A DNA stretch of 64,000 bases from a virus: the IMG/VR virus record IMGVR_UViG_3300042257_000088, positions 16,038-80,037 of that record; one strand, given 5' to 3'. Numbering within the stretch: position 1 is the first letter of the stretch; every line of letters starts with the position of its first letter. Below are positions 9,875-21,033 of the stretch, piece by piece. The notes beneath the pieces are model-generated. The model did not search any database and was not told the origin of the DNA. It was given only the letters and a program-made list of their open reading frames with translations. The position numbers and the translations under genes are program-made.

Positions 9875-12800
9875 GTGGCTAATATAAAAACAAGAAAAGT
9901 TCCAACCTTTGATCCATATGATATTAAGAAAAATCTTGTAGATTTGTCTGAAGATTATTTTAAAGTACAAAATGTTGATTTATATGAATCTGGATTTTTA
10001 GGTTATGTTATACAATCACTTACACATTTAACATCAGATATGCTTTTTCAAAATGCTTTAGCATATAATGAAGCATTTCTTATTAAAGCCAGTTTACCAT
10101 CAAGTGTATATAATATAGCAACACAATTAGATTATAACATACAAGGCACAACACCAGCTGAAGGAAGTTTAACTTTAATAATTCCGATATCTTCAAATGA
10201 AATGACAATTAAAATACCTGTCAATTCTAAAGTATCTACAGGATCTGTACCGTTTAAAATTAAATATAATTATTATATTAATAAAACAGATTCTATTATT
10301 AATATATCTAAACAAGACATCAATACTGGGATGATAACCAGTATACCATATAAAATTGAAATTCATTCAGAACAGCCATGTGTTGTATTTGATGTTGATA
10401 TATGGCAAATAGAAGTTTATTCACATGATTTTAGTTTTGAATCACCACAATTATATGTTTTTTATGAAGAAACAATTTCGGGTTTCGAAGGATCTACTTA
10501 TAATGTGATAGTTACTATTGAAGGTGAATTATATCACGAAATATCTTCGTTGTATCAAGCTAAATCCGAAGATAAAGTTTATGAATTGGTATTAGATCCT
10601 GTATCCGGAAATTTAACAGTTAAATTTGGCAATGGTATATATGGTTATTTGCCTAAGGATGGTGCAGAGGCATTAATAACTTTGTATACAACACAAGGCG
10701 AAGACGGGAATATATTAGCATATTCAGCTAAACTAACAGAACGAATTTTAAATGCTGAAGATGGAAAAATTGTCAATATCACCAGTTATAATCCAATACC
10801 TATTGATAATGGAAATAATGGAGAAACACTTGAAAATATTAAAAGACATGCTATAGAAAATATATCTTCTGCAAAAAGACTTGTTACAGAAAAGGATTAT
10901 ACTGGATTTCAGGGTGTGACTGGTTTAACTGATATAACAGCGCTACCTGTTTTATTAAGACGAGATGTTTATGGTAATGAAATAAGTTTTTTCATTGTTA
11001 AATATGATTCCAATAATAATCCTATTCCAACTGCATCAATACCAATTGTTATAACTGATGAAACAAAAGTCATAAAACAAGGAGAATTGGTTTCATATAA
11101 TGATGTAACTTATAGAATGCCTTTTAAATTTGAATATGATGACACATACGATATTCCGTTGGGAAGATATTCATATAGTTTAAGCAATCTATCAATAACA
11201 CCGGGTTTATTTATCACACCAACATCAGAAGATATTCTTATGGGTGTTAGAAATACAACGGTCACATTATATCCTACTGATGATAGTTTAACAATAATAG
11301 CCGAAATATATAAGCTTTCTGAGATGGATGCTAAAAATATTAAAGCTGAAATTAAATTTAGTGGTGTGGATACTAAAATACCACTTGGTTTTAATAAAAC
11401 ATATGCAGATGCTACCACGTCTATATTTTCTTCTGAATATATTAATTATAATGATTATGGTTTTGATCCTGGTGTTCAGGATTGGACAATTTATTTATAT
11501 TATGATGAAGATGGAAGAAACTGGAATTATCGTGGTGAATATCAAGTAGGCGTATCTTATGCTGAAAACGATGTTGTGATATCACTTGGGAAGTCATATT
11601 TGGCCATAGCACCAAGCACAGGACAAAGTTTAACTGATACAGATTATTGGGTTAATATATACGATACAATGTTATATAATATTTATCGTGGTAATTCTAC
11701 TATATTTTATACAGGAATACCATATGATGAAAATATCACGGCTTCTGTAATAGATAGTAATAATGTTGGTACACCAAGATTTAGTGTATTTGATCTGAAT
11801 TTTTCATACTATGAAAATTTAAATGATAAATGTATGTTTTCATTTGAAGCTATCAAACTTGATGAAACTGTTGTATCTTCTTCAACAACATGCACATTAA
11901 CAATCAATAATGTTGATTATGACATGAAAATTAGTCAGGCACAACCAGATAGATTTGTATATAATTCAGAATATATTGATTTATCAAATTTTCCACTTGG
12001 TTCTATTGATTGGACTATTACCATTATATATGATAATATAGACGAACATTATTTTAATGGAAACATATCTATATTAGAATCTGGCAAAAGACCGGTTGGG
12101 CAAACTATCAATGCTAAACCAACAGAAGAAGAAATACCTAGAATAGAGTTGGTTAGATTAGGTTTGGATTCTATAGATATAGAAAAAATAGAAGATAATG
12201 ATAGTTATAAAATAACATGCCAAGTAAGCAAACTTGTTAATAATAGTAGTAATAAAATTGGCTTAAATTTAATTATAGATGAAGACATTTATTCTTTAAC
12301 ATTTATTGGAGATACACCGGAAGATACTGTTATTTTTGAAAGTGAAGAAATAGATATTGATTCTATTGATATTGGTTCTACAACTTTCAGAATAGATTTA
12401 TATTATAATGGTGAATTGCATTCTGCCTACCAGCAATCTGCTATTTTCAAGCATGATCTTACACCTATTTGTTACAGTAATATAGGTGTTTCTTGTGACG
12501 GAACAAAATACGCATATTCCGTTCCTGTAATAAAACAAGAATATTATGATGATAATCTGGAATTTATTGATACGTATGTATTAAATCAGATGGCACAATT
12601 TAGAGAACAATTTACACAGTTTAAAATGCTGACAGATAGAATAAATATGAAATTTGTAAAAACCTTCGGTAATGCTACTAATATGCAGCTAAATAGTTAT
12701 AATCCAACTTCTGTATTAACATATGATAGTGATTTTAATATAGAACTTCCACCTGAAATTTCTGTAAAAGTATACGTACGAAGAGATACAAGTGAATCGA

Positions 12801-13084
12801 TTAATTCCTTGATTAATGAATGCAAAAATGTATTGTACACTTTCTTAACTTTAAAATCCGGATTCCATGCCAATATTTATAAATCAGAAATATCCAGATA
12901 TTTACATAATGTAGTTAATGATGTTGAATTTTGTGAAGTTATCAAGCCAACACAAGATATTGTTTTTAATTTTGATATAAATGAAATACCGAAAACATAT
13001 AGTGATGTTGTACATCAATATTGTCCTGAATTTATTTGGTTTGAAAAAGATAATATATCTATTAATGTAGTTCTCATTGATTAA
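9875..13084 (+). CDS. Baseplate wedge subunit (T4 gp6-like) with inserted domains
   Basis: NEAFL..A.L.SSVY..A..LDY, VKFGNG.YG..P, Y.TT.G..GN and G...ET.E.IK.....RLVT..DY are gp6/baseplate-J-like motifs. Confidence 0.85.
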   Translation: MANIKTRKVPTFDPYDIKKNLVDLSEDYFKVQNVDLYESGFLGYVIQSLTHLTSDMLFQNALAYNEAFLIKASLPSSVYNIATQLDYNIQGTTPAEGSLTLIIPISSNEMTIKIPVNSKVSTGSVPFKIKYNYYINKTDSIINISKQDINTGMITSIPYKIEIHSEQPCVVFDVDIWQIEVYSHDFSFESPQLYVFYEETISGFEGSTYNVIVTIEGELYHEISSLYQAKSEDKVYELVLDPVSGNLTVKFGNGIYGYLPKDGAEALITLYTTQGEDGNILAYSAKLTERILNAEDGKIVNITSYNPIPIDNGNNGETLENIKRHAIENISSAKRLVTEKDYTGFQGVTGLTDITALPVLLRRDVYGNEISFFIVKYDSNNNPIPTASIPIVITDETKVIKQGELVSYNDVTYRMPFKFEYDDTYDIPLGRYSYSLSNLSITPGLFITPTSEDILMGVRNTTVTLYPTDDSLTIIAEIYKLSEMDAKNIKAEIKFSGVDTKIPLGFNKTYADATTSIFSSEYINYNDYGFDPGVQDWTIYLYYDEDGRNWNYRGEYQVGVSYAENDVVISLGKSYLAIAPSTGQSLTDTDYWVNIYDTMLYNIYRGNSTIFYTGIPYDENITASVIDSNNVGTPRFSVFDLNFSYYENLNDKCMFSFEAIKLDETVVSSSTTCTLTINNVDYDMKISQAQPDRFVYNSEYIDLSNFPLGSIDWTITIIYDNIDEHYFNGNISILESGKRPVGQTINAKPTEEEIPRIELVRLGLDSIDIEKIEDNDSYKITCQVSKLVNNSSNKIGLNLIIDEDIYSLTFIGDTPEDTVIFESEEIDIDSIDIGSTTFRIDLYYNGELHSAYQQSAIFKHDLTPICYSNIGVSCDGTKYAYSVPVIKQEYYDDNLEFIDTYVLNQMAQFREQFTQFKMLTDRINMKFVKTFGNATNMQLNSYNPTSVLTYDSDFNIELPPEISVKVYVRRDTSESINSLINECKNVLYTFLTLKSGFHANIYKSEISRYLHNVVNDVEFCEVIKPTQDIVFNFDINEIPKTYSDVVHQYCPEFIWFEKDNISINVVLID

Positions 13085-13099
13085 AGGTTGTGATATATT

Positions 13100-14128
13100 A
13101 TGATAGAAGAATTAAGAAATTTATTAGTTAAAGGAACACAAAATATAGATGGTATGCGAAAATTTATTCAGCAACATGTATTATATGCTACACGGGTTGT
13201 AAGTAAACCATGTGGTGTTTATTTGATTAGTAAAAATATATATCAGGAAATGATTAATAAAACCGGTTTTACAGAAGAAGAATTTAAAAACTATTTAGTT
13301 AAACAATTTGAACAACAAAAAATAAAATTAAATCAAACTAATCTAGGATATGTTACAACTAATCCTTTATATAATTTATTATTAGTTTATATATTTGTAT
13401 TTTTGGCTAATAATGAATATGATAGTGCACGACAAGCTTCTAGATTATATGGTTATTTTACTTTAAGTTATATGAAAAGAAAATATTTTAAAATTTGTAA
13501 TGCAGATACTTTGTTATATACTATTAACAATTTACACGGACATTCTATTGTAAGATCCGATGGTTTAATAGGATTAGTTACAAAAATATGTGATGAAACA
13601 TTAAAAAAATATGAAACATTATTTTTAAAAGAAATAAACGTATATAATAATTATAGATATTTAGTAGATGTAAGAAACAAATTAAATCAGTCTATGAAAA
13701 TCATAGCTACAAAATATTACAAAAATATGGAAGAGAAAGCAACAGAATCATTAATAGATCGTGCTAATGAAATCATGGAAGACTTCGTATCTGTAAGTTC
13801 AAGTCCTAATATAATTAATTATATATCACAACTTTCTTTATTATCAACATTAGAAATTGAATCTTTGTTTTTTGATATTCAGCAAACACCAGAAGCACAG
13901 AATATATTAACAGATATTATTATAAAATTATTATATAAATATGGTGGAGAAGAAAAAATATCAACCACCGGTATTGAAGGTATATTAGGAAAAGCACAAA
14001 GAAATGAAGAATTTGTAAACATGGTTTCCACTTTATATGAATCATGTGGTTATGAAGATGAAATAACAAAGAACCATGTTTTAGCTATTATAGGACTTGC
14101 ACTTATTTTGATAGTATGGAAAAGATAA
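13100..14128 (+). CDS. Hypothetical protein (tail module)
   Basis: 342 aa ORF between the baseplate and tape measure genes with a hydrophobic C-terminus. No recognised motif. Confidence 0.6.
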   Translation: MIEELRNLLVKGTQNIDGMRKFIQQHVLYATRVVSKPCGVYLISKNIYQEMINKTGFTEEEFKNYLVKQFEQQKIKLNQTNLGYVTTNPLYNLLLVYIFVFLANNEYDSARQASRLYGYFTLSYMKRKYFKICNADTLLYTINNLHGHSIVRSDGLIGLVTKICDETLKKYETLFLKEINVYNNYRYLVDVRNKLNQSMKIIATKYYKNMEEKATESLIDRANEIMEDFVSVSSSPNIINYISQLSLLSTLEIESLFFDIQQTPEAQNILTDIIIKLLYKYGGEEKISTTGIEGILGKAQRNEEFVNMVSTLYESCGYEDEITKNHVLAIIGLALILIVWKR

Positions 14129-14143
14129 GGGTGGTGAAACAAC

Positions 14144-17100
14144 ATGCCAGATGAAAAAGATGTTCAATTAAATTTGACTGGATCAATACAAGATCTGGCA
14201 AATTCCAATTTAAATCAACCCAGAACAACCAACGCCGGTTTTCAGACAAACTCCGTTGTATCTAATTTAACATCACAACCAAATGCAAACAATTCATCGG
14301 GAGGAAATCAACCTTTCACGGCAACACAATTTACAAAATTAATGGATGTTTTGGCCACAATGACAAATAGATTGGAAACAGCACATCAAAGAACACATAC
14401 ATTATTAGAAAAAATGAATTTATCATTGGCAACTAGATTAGAATCTATTTATAAACAAATGGTAATATCAAATAAAATGACTGAGATGGTAAATAAAAGA
14501 CAACAAGAAATGCAAAAAGAAAGTGAAAATAACATATCTAATTTAACATTTAGATTATCTGGTTTCCTCGGTGTATTAGGTCAAGATTTTAGAAATAGTA
14601 TTTTAAACATGCAAAGATTTGTATCAACCCAAGATTCCGGCGAAGCAGCAAGATTATCTTTGATACGTGTTCTCGGTCAGTCTAGTTTCATGAAAGGTCT
14701 TATAGGATACGAAGCAGAATCATTTAAAGGCCGTATGAGACCAATGCCGTTTACATATGAACTTTATCACGTTGTATCACAGTTACCTAAATATTTTGAT
14801 ACCGTTTCTCAAAACATAGTAAGAAACGATCAACATTTACAGGAGACTGTTTTAAATATCAGACATAAAGAAATTATGGATAGATTAAAAGTATTAACTG
14901 ATATTGGTGTTGGCATTAGAATGGCTACTGTTGATACTGCTATGATGTTACAAGAATTTGCTCATTCTATATATCCTGGAAGATCAGATAGGATAAGTGG
15001 GATGTATGAAAAATATGGTGCTAATTTAGTTAATTTAAAAAATAATATGAAAGCATTTTCAAAAGAAAATATTACAAAACAGGAACAGCAATTAGTTGCT
15101 TTTAAAGATTTTAACGTTACAATGACAGATAAATTAGACGATGTGCTTAAACAAACAATATCTATGGGACAAGGTTTATTCCAAATAGGAAAATATTTAT
15201 TATCTCCTAAATCATTATTTGGTAAATTATTCTGGGGTTACTTATCTTATAGATCTATGGCAAGATTATTGATGCCATTATTTAGTCAAATATATGATAA
15301 ATCATCACCGGTAGTTACAGTTATTAAAGATACTATGTATTCTGTTACTCGTGGTTTATTATCTCATTTAGGATTAGAAAAAGGTGAATCAATAAGAAGT
15401 TTTATTTCTGATGGATTTAAATCTGTTTGGTTAAATTATATGTGGCCGGCTTTAGAAAAACTAATAGGTACAGTTATGGCTGCGTACGCTGCATTAAATA
15501 TTACAAAAACAGGTATAGCACGGGGTGGACTGGTAGGTAAAGGTCGTGTGGCTGCAATAGATAAGAGATATGCATACATGCATGACAAAACAACATCCAC
15601 GGGGGCTGCACTTGCGAGCCGTGCGGCTAATAATAAAATCGGAAATATGATAAATTCTATTACTGGTGGAATGTTGACAACAGTTGGTAGAATTTTCCAA
15701 TCAACTGGTTTATTCGGTGTAACTGAAGTAGGCACTGCAATGGCTGGTATGGGTGGTGGTATGTTAGGTTTAGGTAATAAAGACAAAGAAAAACTTTCAA
15801 AAAGATTAGGTTCGGTGGTTTCTAAAATATCAAGTAATTTAATTGCATATTCATACCACGGCGTACAAACTCTTTTAGGAAAAGGTGGACCCCATTCAAT
15901 GATGATGGGGGCAGCAAAAGGTATGGCTGGGTCCTCTAAGTTAATGAACATTTTAGGTAAAACATCCGGTGTATTTAAAGGTATTGGGAAATTTCTTAAA
16001 TTTATACCAACATTAGGTCCATTGGCCATAGGACTATCATTTGCTATACCTATGTTGTCAGATGGTATTTCTTTTTTAAGAAACACACTTTTACCTAAAG
16101 TATTTGGTGGTAAAGAAAATATTCCATCAGATGTTCGTTCTATAGCTGGTGGATTAATTAAAAGAGTATTTGTAACCGCTATAGATATGTTAGTATCGTT
16201 TATTAAAAACTTCCCAAAATATTTTGGTTCTATTATGAAATTTTCAGGACAAATGTTGCAAGGTATTTTTGATGCTGCTAAATTTATTTTTCTTGCTCCG
16301 TTCAAGTGGATGTTTTCTAAATTAGGTTTGATTAAATCCGAAGGAAAAAGTGAATTTCAAAAAATACGAGAAGATATTGAAAACAATAAATCTATTAAAG
16401 AAGAAACTAGAAAGGTAGCGGAAGAATCTAAAAAACAAACCGATGCTGTGGAAAAACAAGGCACGTTATTAAACCGTTTAATAGGTTATTTTTCTGAAGG
16501 AAAATTTAAAGAAGATATAACTAGTATGGCTTCTGGTGCTGGTTCTGTATTTAGAAAAATAGGAGAATTTGTTAGTAGTGTGAAGGATCTATCTACTGGA
16601 AAAATAGGTGGATTAATAACTTCATTTGGGTCAACTCTTGGTGGTTTCATTAACGGGTTAATGGGTGATAATAATAAAGCTGTAGACTTTTTAAGCAGAG
16701 CACAATCTATTGCTTCTCAACGGGGATATAGAGGAGTAGCTTCAATGTTTGGGTCTGCTAGGGAATCGGTATTAACATTAATGCAAAAATCAGTGTCTGT
16801 TGAATCTGCAGCAGCAGAAAAAATGTTTAATGCTGGTGTATTGATGGAAAGTGCAGCCAATAAAGCAGCTGGTAGAGAGAGTGGTTGGAGTAGCAGAACA
16901 GCGTCTTCAAACACACAAGCTGGTTTTATAGCTGCAGCTGGGTCTACAGAAACAACTAGTGGATATGGTTGGAGAACACACCCGATTACAGGAAAACGAA
17001 GTTTCCATGGTGGTGTGGACATTAAAATACCATCAGGCACACCGTTATATTCTCTTTTTGACGGACAGGTTATATCATCTGGATATCAAGATAATATAGG

Positions 17101-17689
17101 AAATTTTGTTAAAATAAAACATCCAAGTAGAAACATTACATCATTATATGGACATTTAAGCGAACTTGGTGTTAAAGCCGGAGATAAAGTTTATGCTGGG
17201 CAACCAATAGGTGTATCCGGAGCAACCGGTAGAGTTACAGGACCACATCTTCATTTAGCTTTCCAAGATATGCAAACTGGAACATCGTTAGATCCTAATG
17301 TGGTTTTAAAGAATACACCTTTAGCATTTAACAAAGAAAATTTAGATGAGGCGTTCTTACAGAGATTAAAAGATTCAGGAAAATTTGCACAAGTTAAATA
17401 TAAAGGTACCGCACATTATATTTCTGCTCTTGGTGAATTATCAGCACAAGATCTTGCAGTTAAACTTGGCATTTCCGAAACAGCAGCGAAAAGAATGAAG
17501 AATGGTGAAATAGATAAAAATGTGGCTGGTCTCGGAACTCTGAACATTGGTTCTGTTATTAATATGCATTCAGAAAATAATGCTACTGCTGTTTCTGAGG
17601 AAACTAAACGAGAAGAAGAATCTAGTAGTTCTAAAGAACAGGCGTATCATCGTATTTATATGCCTGCTATTGATAGCGGTATTTTATAA
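14144..17689 (+). CDS. Tape measure protein with C-terminal M23 peptidoglycan endopeptidase
   Basis: Long Gly/Ala/Lys/Met-rich amphipathic region; M23 motifs YGWRTHP, HGGVD, YGHL and TGPHLH at about 16960-17310. Confidence 0.85.
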   Translation: MPDEKDVQLNLTGSIQDLANSNLNQPRTTNAGFQTNSVVSNLTSQPNANNSSGGNQPFTATQFTKLMDVLATMTNRLETAHQRTHTLLEKMNLSLATRLESIYKQMVISNKMTEMVNKRQQEMQKESENNISNLTFRLSGFLGVLGQDFRNSILNMQRFVSTQDSGEAARLSLIRVLGQSSFMKGLIGYEAESFKGRMRPMPFTYELYHVVSQLPKYFDTVSQNIVRNDQHLQETVLNIRHKEIMDRLKVLTDIGVGIRMATVDTAMMLQEFAHSIYPGRSDRISGMYEKYGANLVNLKNNMKAFSKENITKQEQQLVAFKDFNVTMTDKLDDVLKQTISMGQGLFQIGKYLLSPKSLFGKLFWGYLSYRSMARLLMPLFSQIYDKSSPVVTVIKDTMYSVTRGLLSHLGLEKGESIRSFISDGFKSVWLNYMWPALEKLIGTVMAAYAALNITKTGIARGGLVGKGRVAAIDKRYAYMHDKTTSTGAALASRAANNKIGNMINSITGGMLTTVGRIFQSTGLFGVTEVGTAMAGMGGGMLGLGNKDKEKLSKRLGSVVSKISSNLIAYSYHGVQTLLGKGGPHSMMMGAAKGMAGSSKLMNILGKTSGVFKGIGKFLKFIPTLGPLAIGLSFAIPMLSDGISFLRNTLLPKVFGGKENIPSDVRSIAGGLIKRVFVTAIDMLVSFIKNFPKYFGSIMKFSGQMLQGIFDAAKFIFLAPFKWMFSKLGLIKSEGKSEFQKIREDIENNKSIKEETRKVAEESKKQTDAVEKQGTLLNRLIGYFSEGKFKEDITSMASGAGSVFRKIGEFVSSVKDLSTGKIGGLITSFGSTLGGFINGLMGDNNKAVDFLSRAQSIASQRGYRGVASMFGSARESVLTLMQKSVSVESAAAEKMFNAGVLMESAANKAAGRESGWSSRTASSNTQAGFIAAAGSTETTSGYGWRTHPITGKRSFHGGVDIKIPSGTPLYSLFDGQVISSGYQDNIGNFVKIKHPSRNITSLYGHLSELGVKAGDKVYAGQPIGVSGATGRVTGPHLHLAFQDMQTGTSLDPNVVLKNTPLAFNKENLDEAFLQRLKDSGKFAQVKYKGTAHYISALGELSAQDLAVKLGISETAAKRMKNGEIDKNVAGLGTLNIGSVINMHSENNATAVSEETKREEESSSSKEQAYHRIYMPAIDSGIL

Positions 17690-17734
17690 GAATCGATAGA
17701 TTCATTCCATTTTTCAACTATAAAGGAGGGATAG

Positions 17735-19951
17735 ATGTTGGCAGACAATACTAATAATACAGAAGAAATATCACAAGATGAACAAATACAACGCGATTGG
17801 GACGCGTATTATTCTTATATAAACGTAGCCCGGGAATCACCAGCGGGTCAAACAAATGCCAAGACTAATAACAGAGATGGTGGCAACGAAGAAGTAGAAG
17901 AGCCGGCTGCTTCTCAATCTTCTAATTCAGGTTCAGTCGATGGAGTTGTTAATGCTGGTTATACAAATATACAGTTAACTGAAGAAGAAATGGATTCTAT
18001 GTTAACATCATCTAAAGATATTTCATTTCCCTATATAGAAAGAATAATGGGGTTGCCACCAATAGGACTGGAAACCGATGCTGATTATTTTGAATCAAAA
18101 GAATTATTAGAAGCATCGTTTCCAACATTAAAAATTATAGCATCTTTTTGTGACTGGGATGATACAACAAAACCATTAAATGTAACTAAGTTAAGTCCTG
18201 AATATAAATTTGCAGTTATACCAGATTCAGCAATAAATTATTCACACACAAATCAATATAATACATCTAATATTGAATCCGATTTATCTAGTGCCCTTAG
18301 ATTTAATACGGCCGGTGAAATTAGACAGTTGATGAAAACCAGTAGCGGGGCATTACATACAAATTTAGGCCAAGGACAGGAGTATTTGGATACACTTATG
18401 AAACGTGTTGTTGGTGTTTTAAAGGAAGCTGCTGCCACGTATGGTAATGAAATGCCGGCCCGTGTTATGACATCATTAGCGGGAGATGTAGCTAGAGGAA
18501 TGCTAGCGGGTGCTAGAATCGATTTACCTAATATATGGCAAAATTCACAGACAACGATGAATTGGACGTTTACAATTGAATTAAGAACAATGGCAACTGA
18601 TCCTAATTCTGAATTATATAGAAAGGATATTATTGAACCACTCGGTATATTATTAAAACTAGCATTACCCGTTGGTGGGTATAATATATCTTTTGTTGAA
18701 CCACCATATATATCTGCCAGATTAGGGAATTTTCTTGATGTTAAGTTAGGTGGTATTTCAAATATTGTATGGACTGCTCCATTAAATGAATTTAATTTAA
18801 ATGAAGTTCCCAGACATATAGAAGTTTCTATAACTATACAGGATTTATATAGTGTCATGGTTCAAGCTGGTTCTGAAAACGAAGACTTTCCTACTATGGA
18901 AAAACATATTTCAAATTTCACTAAAAATGCAAATAATAGAACTGCTGGTAAAAAATTTTCACGAATATTTCGAAATGAATATAATATCAAAACACACAAT
19001 GCACGTGATGAAAATATACAAAACACTACAACACCATATCATAAAAATTATAATAGAATAGAATATCCTAAAATACCAGATTTAACAATGGAATCAACAG
19101 ATACATCTGATATGTTTAAAAATTATTATACACAAAATCTAGCCATGCAATTTAATCCATCTGAAAACAAATTATCAGTCAATGCTGTTGATTTAAATAA
19201 TGCTAATCTACTAGAATTAAATAACATAACACATTTAACTGGTAATGTATCTGACTATGCTTTTTTAAATGGAACTCCTAAAACCATTACAACTTCTTCA
19301 TTAAAGTCGTTTGATGTTTATGGTGTTAACAGTATTTCTGATACTACATTTGCTGGATTAGAATCAGATACTAAAACAAAATTAAATTCCTTATTATCTG
19401 ATGCTAATATTTCCAATATTACTGATGGTATTATAACTACTAAGCCAACGGAAACCATAGCTGCATTAGCTACAGTTAATCAGATGACTGCACAAAATAT
19501 AGATTCTTTTTTATCAGAATCAAATAATAATTTATCTACATTATTAAGTGTATCGGATAATATTACTAAAAGTTTAGATTCACAAATAAAAGATATGGTT
19601 TTGAATTCAACACAAACAGAACAATTATCATCTGTTTCTTTAAGAAGAATTAAACATAATAATCCTGTTCTCGATAACCAATTAAGATATTCTAAAGAAG
19701 CACGGAGATTTTTAGAACAAGTGTCCGCAATCTATGAACAACAATTTGTAAATAATATGAATGTCAGAAACGAATTTATATTTTATAATCAAGAAATAGA
19801 TCCTACACGATTTAATCCAGAATTATCCGATGCTACTTCTGAAATGTTAAATATAGCATCGATTGGTATGAAATCATCTTTAATGAATTCTTTATTATCA
19901 CCAAAATCTAAAGGTATCAATCGTATTTTTGCTATTAATTTGGAGGCATAA
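17735..19951 (+). CDS. Putative baseplate/tail-tube initiator structural protein
   Basis: Follows the tape measure gene. The N-terminal half has a P.IW..S....W.F.I.L...PP.I...LG...GI.NI...P..IEV.I.I.DL pattern reminiscent of tube-fold baseplate proteins. The C-terminal half is Asn/Ser-rich. Confidence 0.45.
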   Translation: MLADNTNNTEEISQDEQIQRDWDAYYSYINVARESPAGQTNAKTNNRDGGNEEVEEPAASQSSNSGSVDGVVNAGYTNIQLTEEEMDSMLTSSKDISFPYIERIMGLPPIGLETDADYFESKELLEASFPTLKIIASFCDWDDTTKPLNVTKLSPEYKFAVIPDSAINYSHTNQYNTSNIESDLSSALRFNTAGEIRQLMKTSSGALHTNLGQGQEYLDTLMKRVVGVLKEAAATYGNEMPARVMTSLAGDVARGMLAGARIDLPNIWQNSQTTMNWTFTIELRTMATDPNSELYRKDIIEPLGILLKLALPVGGYNISFVEPPYISARLGNFLDVKLGGISNIVWTAPLNEFNLNEVPRHIEVSITIQDLYSVMVQAGSENEDFPTMEKHISNFTKNANNRTAGKKFSRIFRNEYNIKTHNARDENIQNTTTPYHKNYNRIEYPKIPDLTMESTDTSDMFKNYYTQNLAMQFNPSENKLSVNAVDLNNANLLELNNITHLTGNVSDYAFLNGTPKTITTSSLKSFDVYGVNSISDTTFAGLESDTKTKLNSLLSDANISNITDGIITTKPTETIAALATVNQMTAQNIDSFLSESNNNLSTLLSVSDNITKSLDSQIKDMVLNSTQTEQLSSVSLRRIKHNNPVLDNQLRYSKEARRFLEQVSAIYEQQFVNNMNVRNEFIFYNQEIDPTRFNPELSDATSEMLNIASIGMKSSLMNSLLSPKSKGINRIFAINLEA

Positions 19952-19955
19952 TATT

Positions 19956-21032
19956 ATGAAATATAAAAATATATCGGGTGACAGAAAAAAAATACTTATA
20001 TTATCAGGTCCAAAATCTTCAGGTAAAACATCGTTAATTGTAGAATTATCTAATATGAATTATTATGTAGTTAACGATGCTTTTGTAAAAGTAGCTGAAG
20101 AATGGAAATTAAAAAAGAAAATATTACCATGGAATAAATCAAGAGATAAAAAATTATATAAACAGTTTTTATCCGAAGTACTTACAGAACAAATATCTTT
20201 ATTAGAAAAGATTCCTAAAAGACAAAATCTTATTATATTGGATTGTAGTATGGAAGATATACTTGCTAAATTATATTGTTATACTGGTGATAAAAAATTA
20301 GATAGATGGGAACCTACTTCTGATATATTAGATACAGAGAAACAAAATATATCTGTTTTAATATTAAAACCTATAGAAAAAACCAAACCAACTAATGATG
20401 ATATTTATCCAACAATAGAAAATCAATGGAGAGAATATTATGCATTAACAAAACAATATAAAAAATCTAAATATAATATGTATGAAGAATTAACACAAAT
20501 GGATATAGAAGAAAGAATGAAATATATTGATGAAATCTTAGTAGAATTGTTAACAAACGAAAAATCTGTTAAAAAAACCACGGAACAAATAATAGGGAAA
20601 ACATACATAAATATACTTAAAGAAGAAACAGAAACATATCCACATAATTCAAAATTTGTTATTCATGATCATTATGCTTCACACCACCATTTTGATTTAA
20701 GAATAAAGAAAGGTAATAAGTTATCTTCATGGGCTTTGCCTAAAGCACATGTTCCAGAAAAAGATGGTGAAAAAATATTAGCAGTTAGAACACCTGATCA
20801 TGATTTATATTGGATGACGTTTAAAGGCGAGATACCAAAAGGCGAATATGGTGCTGGAACAGTTGATATTTATGATACAGGAAAGTGTGTAATATATAAA
20901 TGGAGTTCTAACATTGTAGTTAAATTTGAAGGGAAAAAAACAAAAGGATATTATTCATTAATTAAAACAAAAGGTGATAATTATTTATTCCTTAGAATGA
21001 ATCAAGAAGAAGCAAAAGAAAAATACAAGTAA
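19956..21032 (+). CDS. P-loop kinase/NTPase fused to a LigD 3'-phosphoesterase (PE) domain
   Basis: N-terminal LILSGPKSSGKTS and IILD. C-terminal FVIHDHYASHHHFDLRI, SWALPK, LAVRTPDH, F.GEIP.GEYGAG.V.IYD.G is the LigD PE signature. GGAGG RBS at 19942-19946. Confidence 0.85.
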   Translation: MKYKNISGDRKKILILSGPKSSGKTSLIVELSNMNYYVVNDAFVKVAEEWKLKKKILPWNKSRDKKLYKQFLSEVLTEQISLLEKIPKRQNLIILDCSMEDILAKLYCYTGDKKLDRWEPTSDILDTEKQNISVLILKPIEKTKPTNDDIYPTIENQWREYYALTKQYKKSKYNMYEELTQMDIEERMKYIDEILVELLTNEKSVKKTTEQIIGKTYINILKEETETYPHNSKFVIHDHYASHHHFDLRIKKGNKLSSWALPKAHVPEKDGEKILAVRTPDHDLYWMTFKGEIPKGEYGAGTVDIYDTGKCVIYKWSSNIVVKFEGKKTKGYYSLIKTKGDNYLFLRMNQEEAKEKYK

Positions 21033-21033
21033 T

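Noticed and set aside
15436..16305. 289-aa minus-strand ORF
   Set aside because: Antisense shadow of the tape measure gene, with composition mirroring the sense codons. The other short antisense or out-of-frame ORFs inside long genes were rejected for the same reason.
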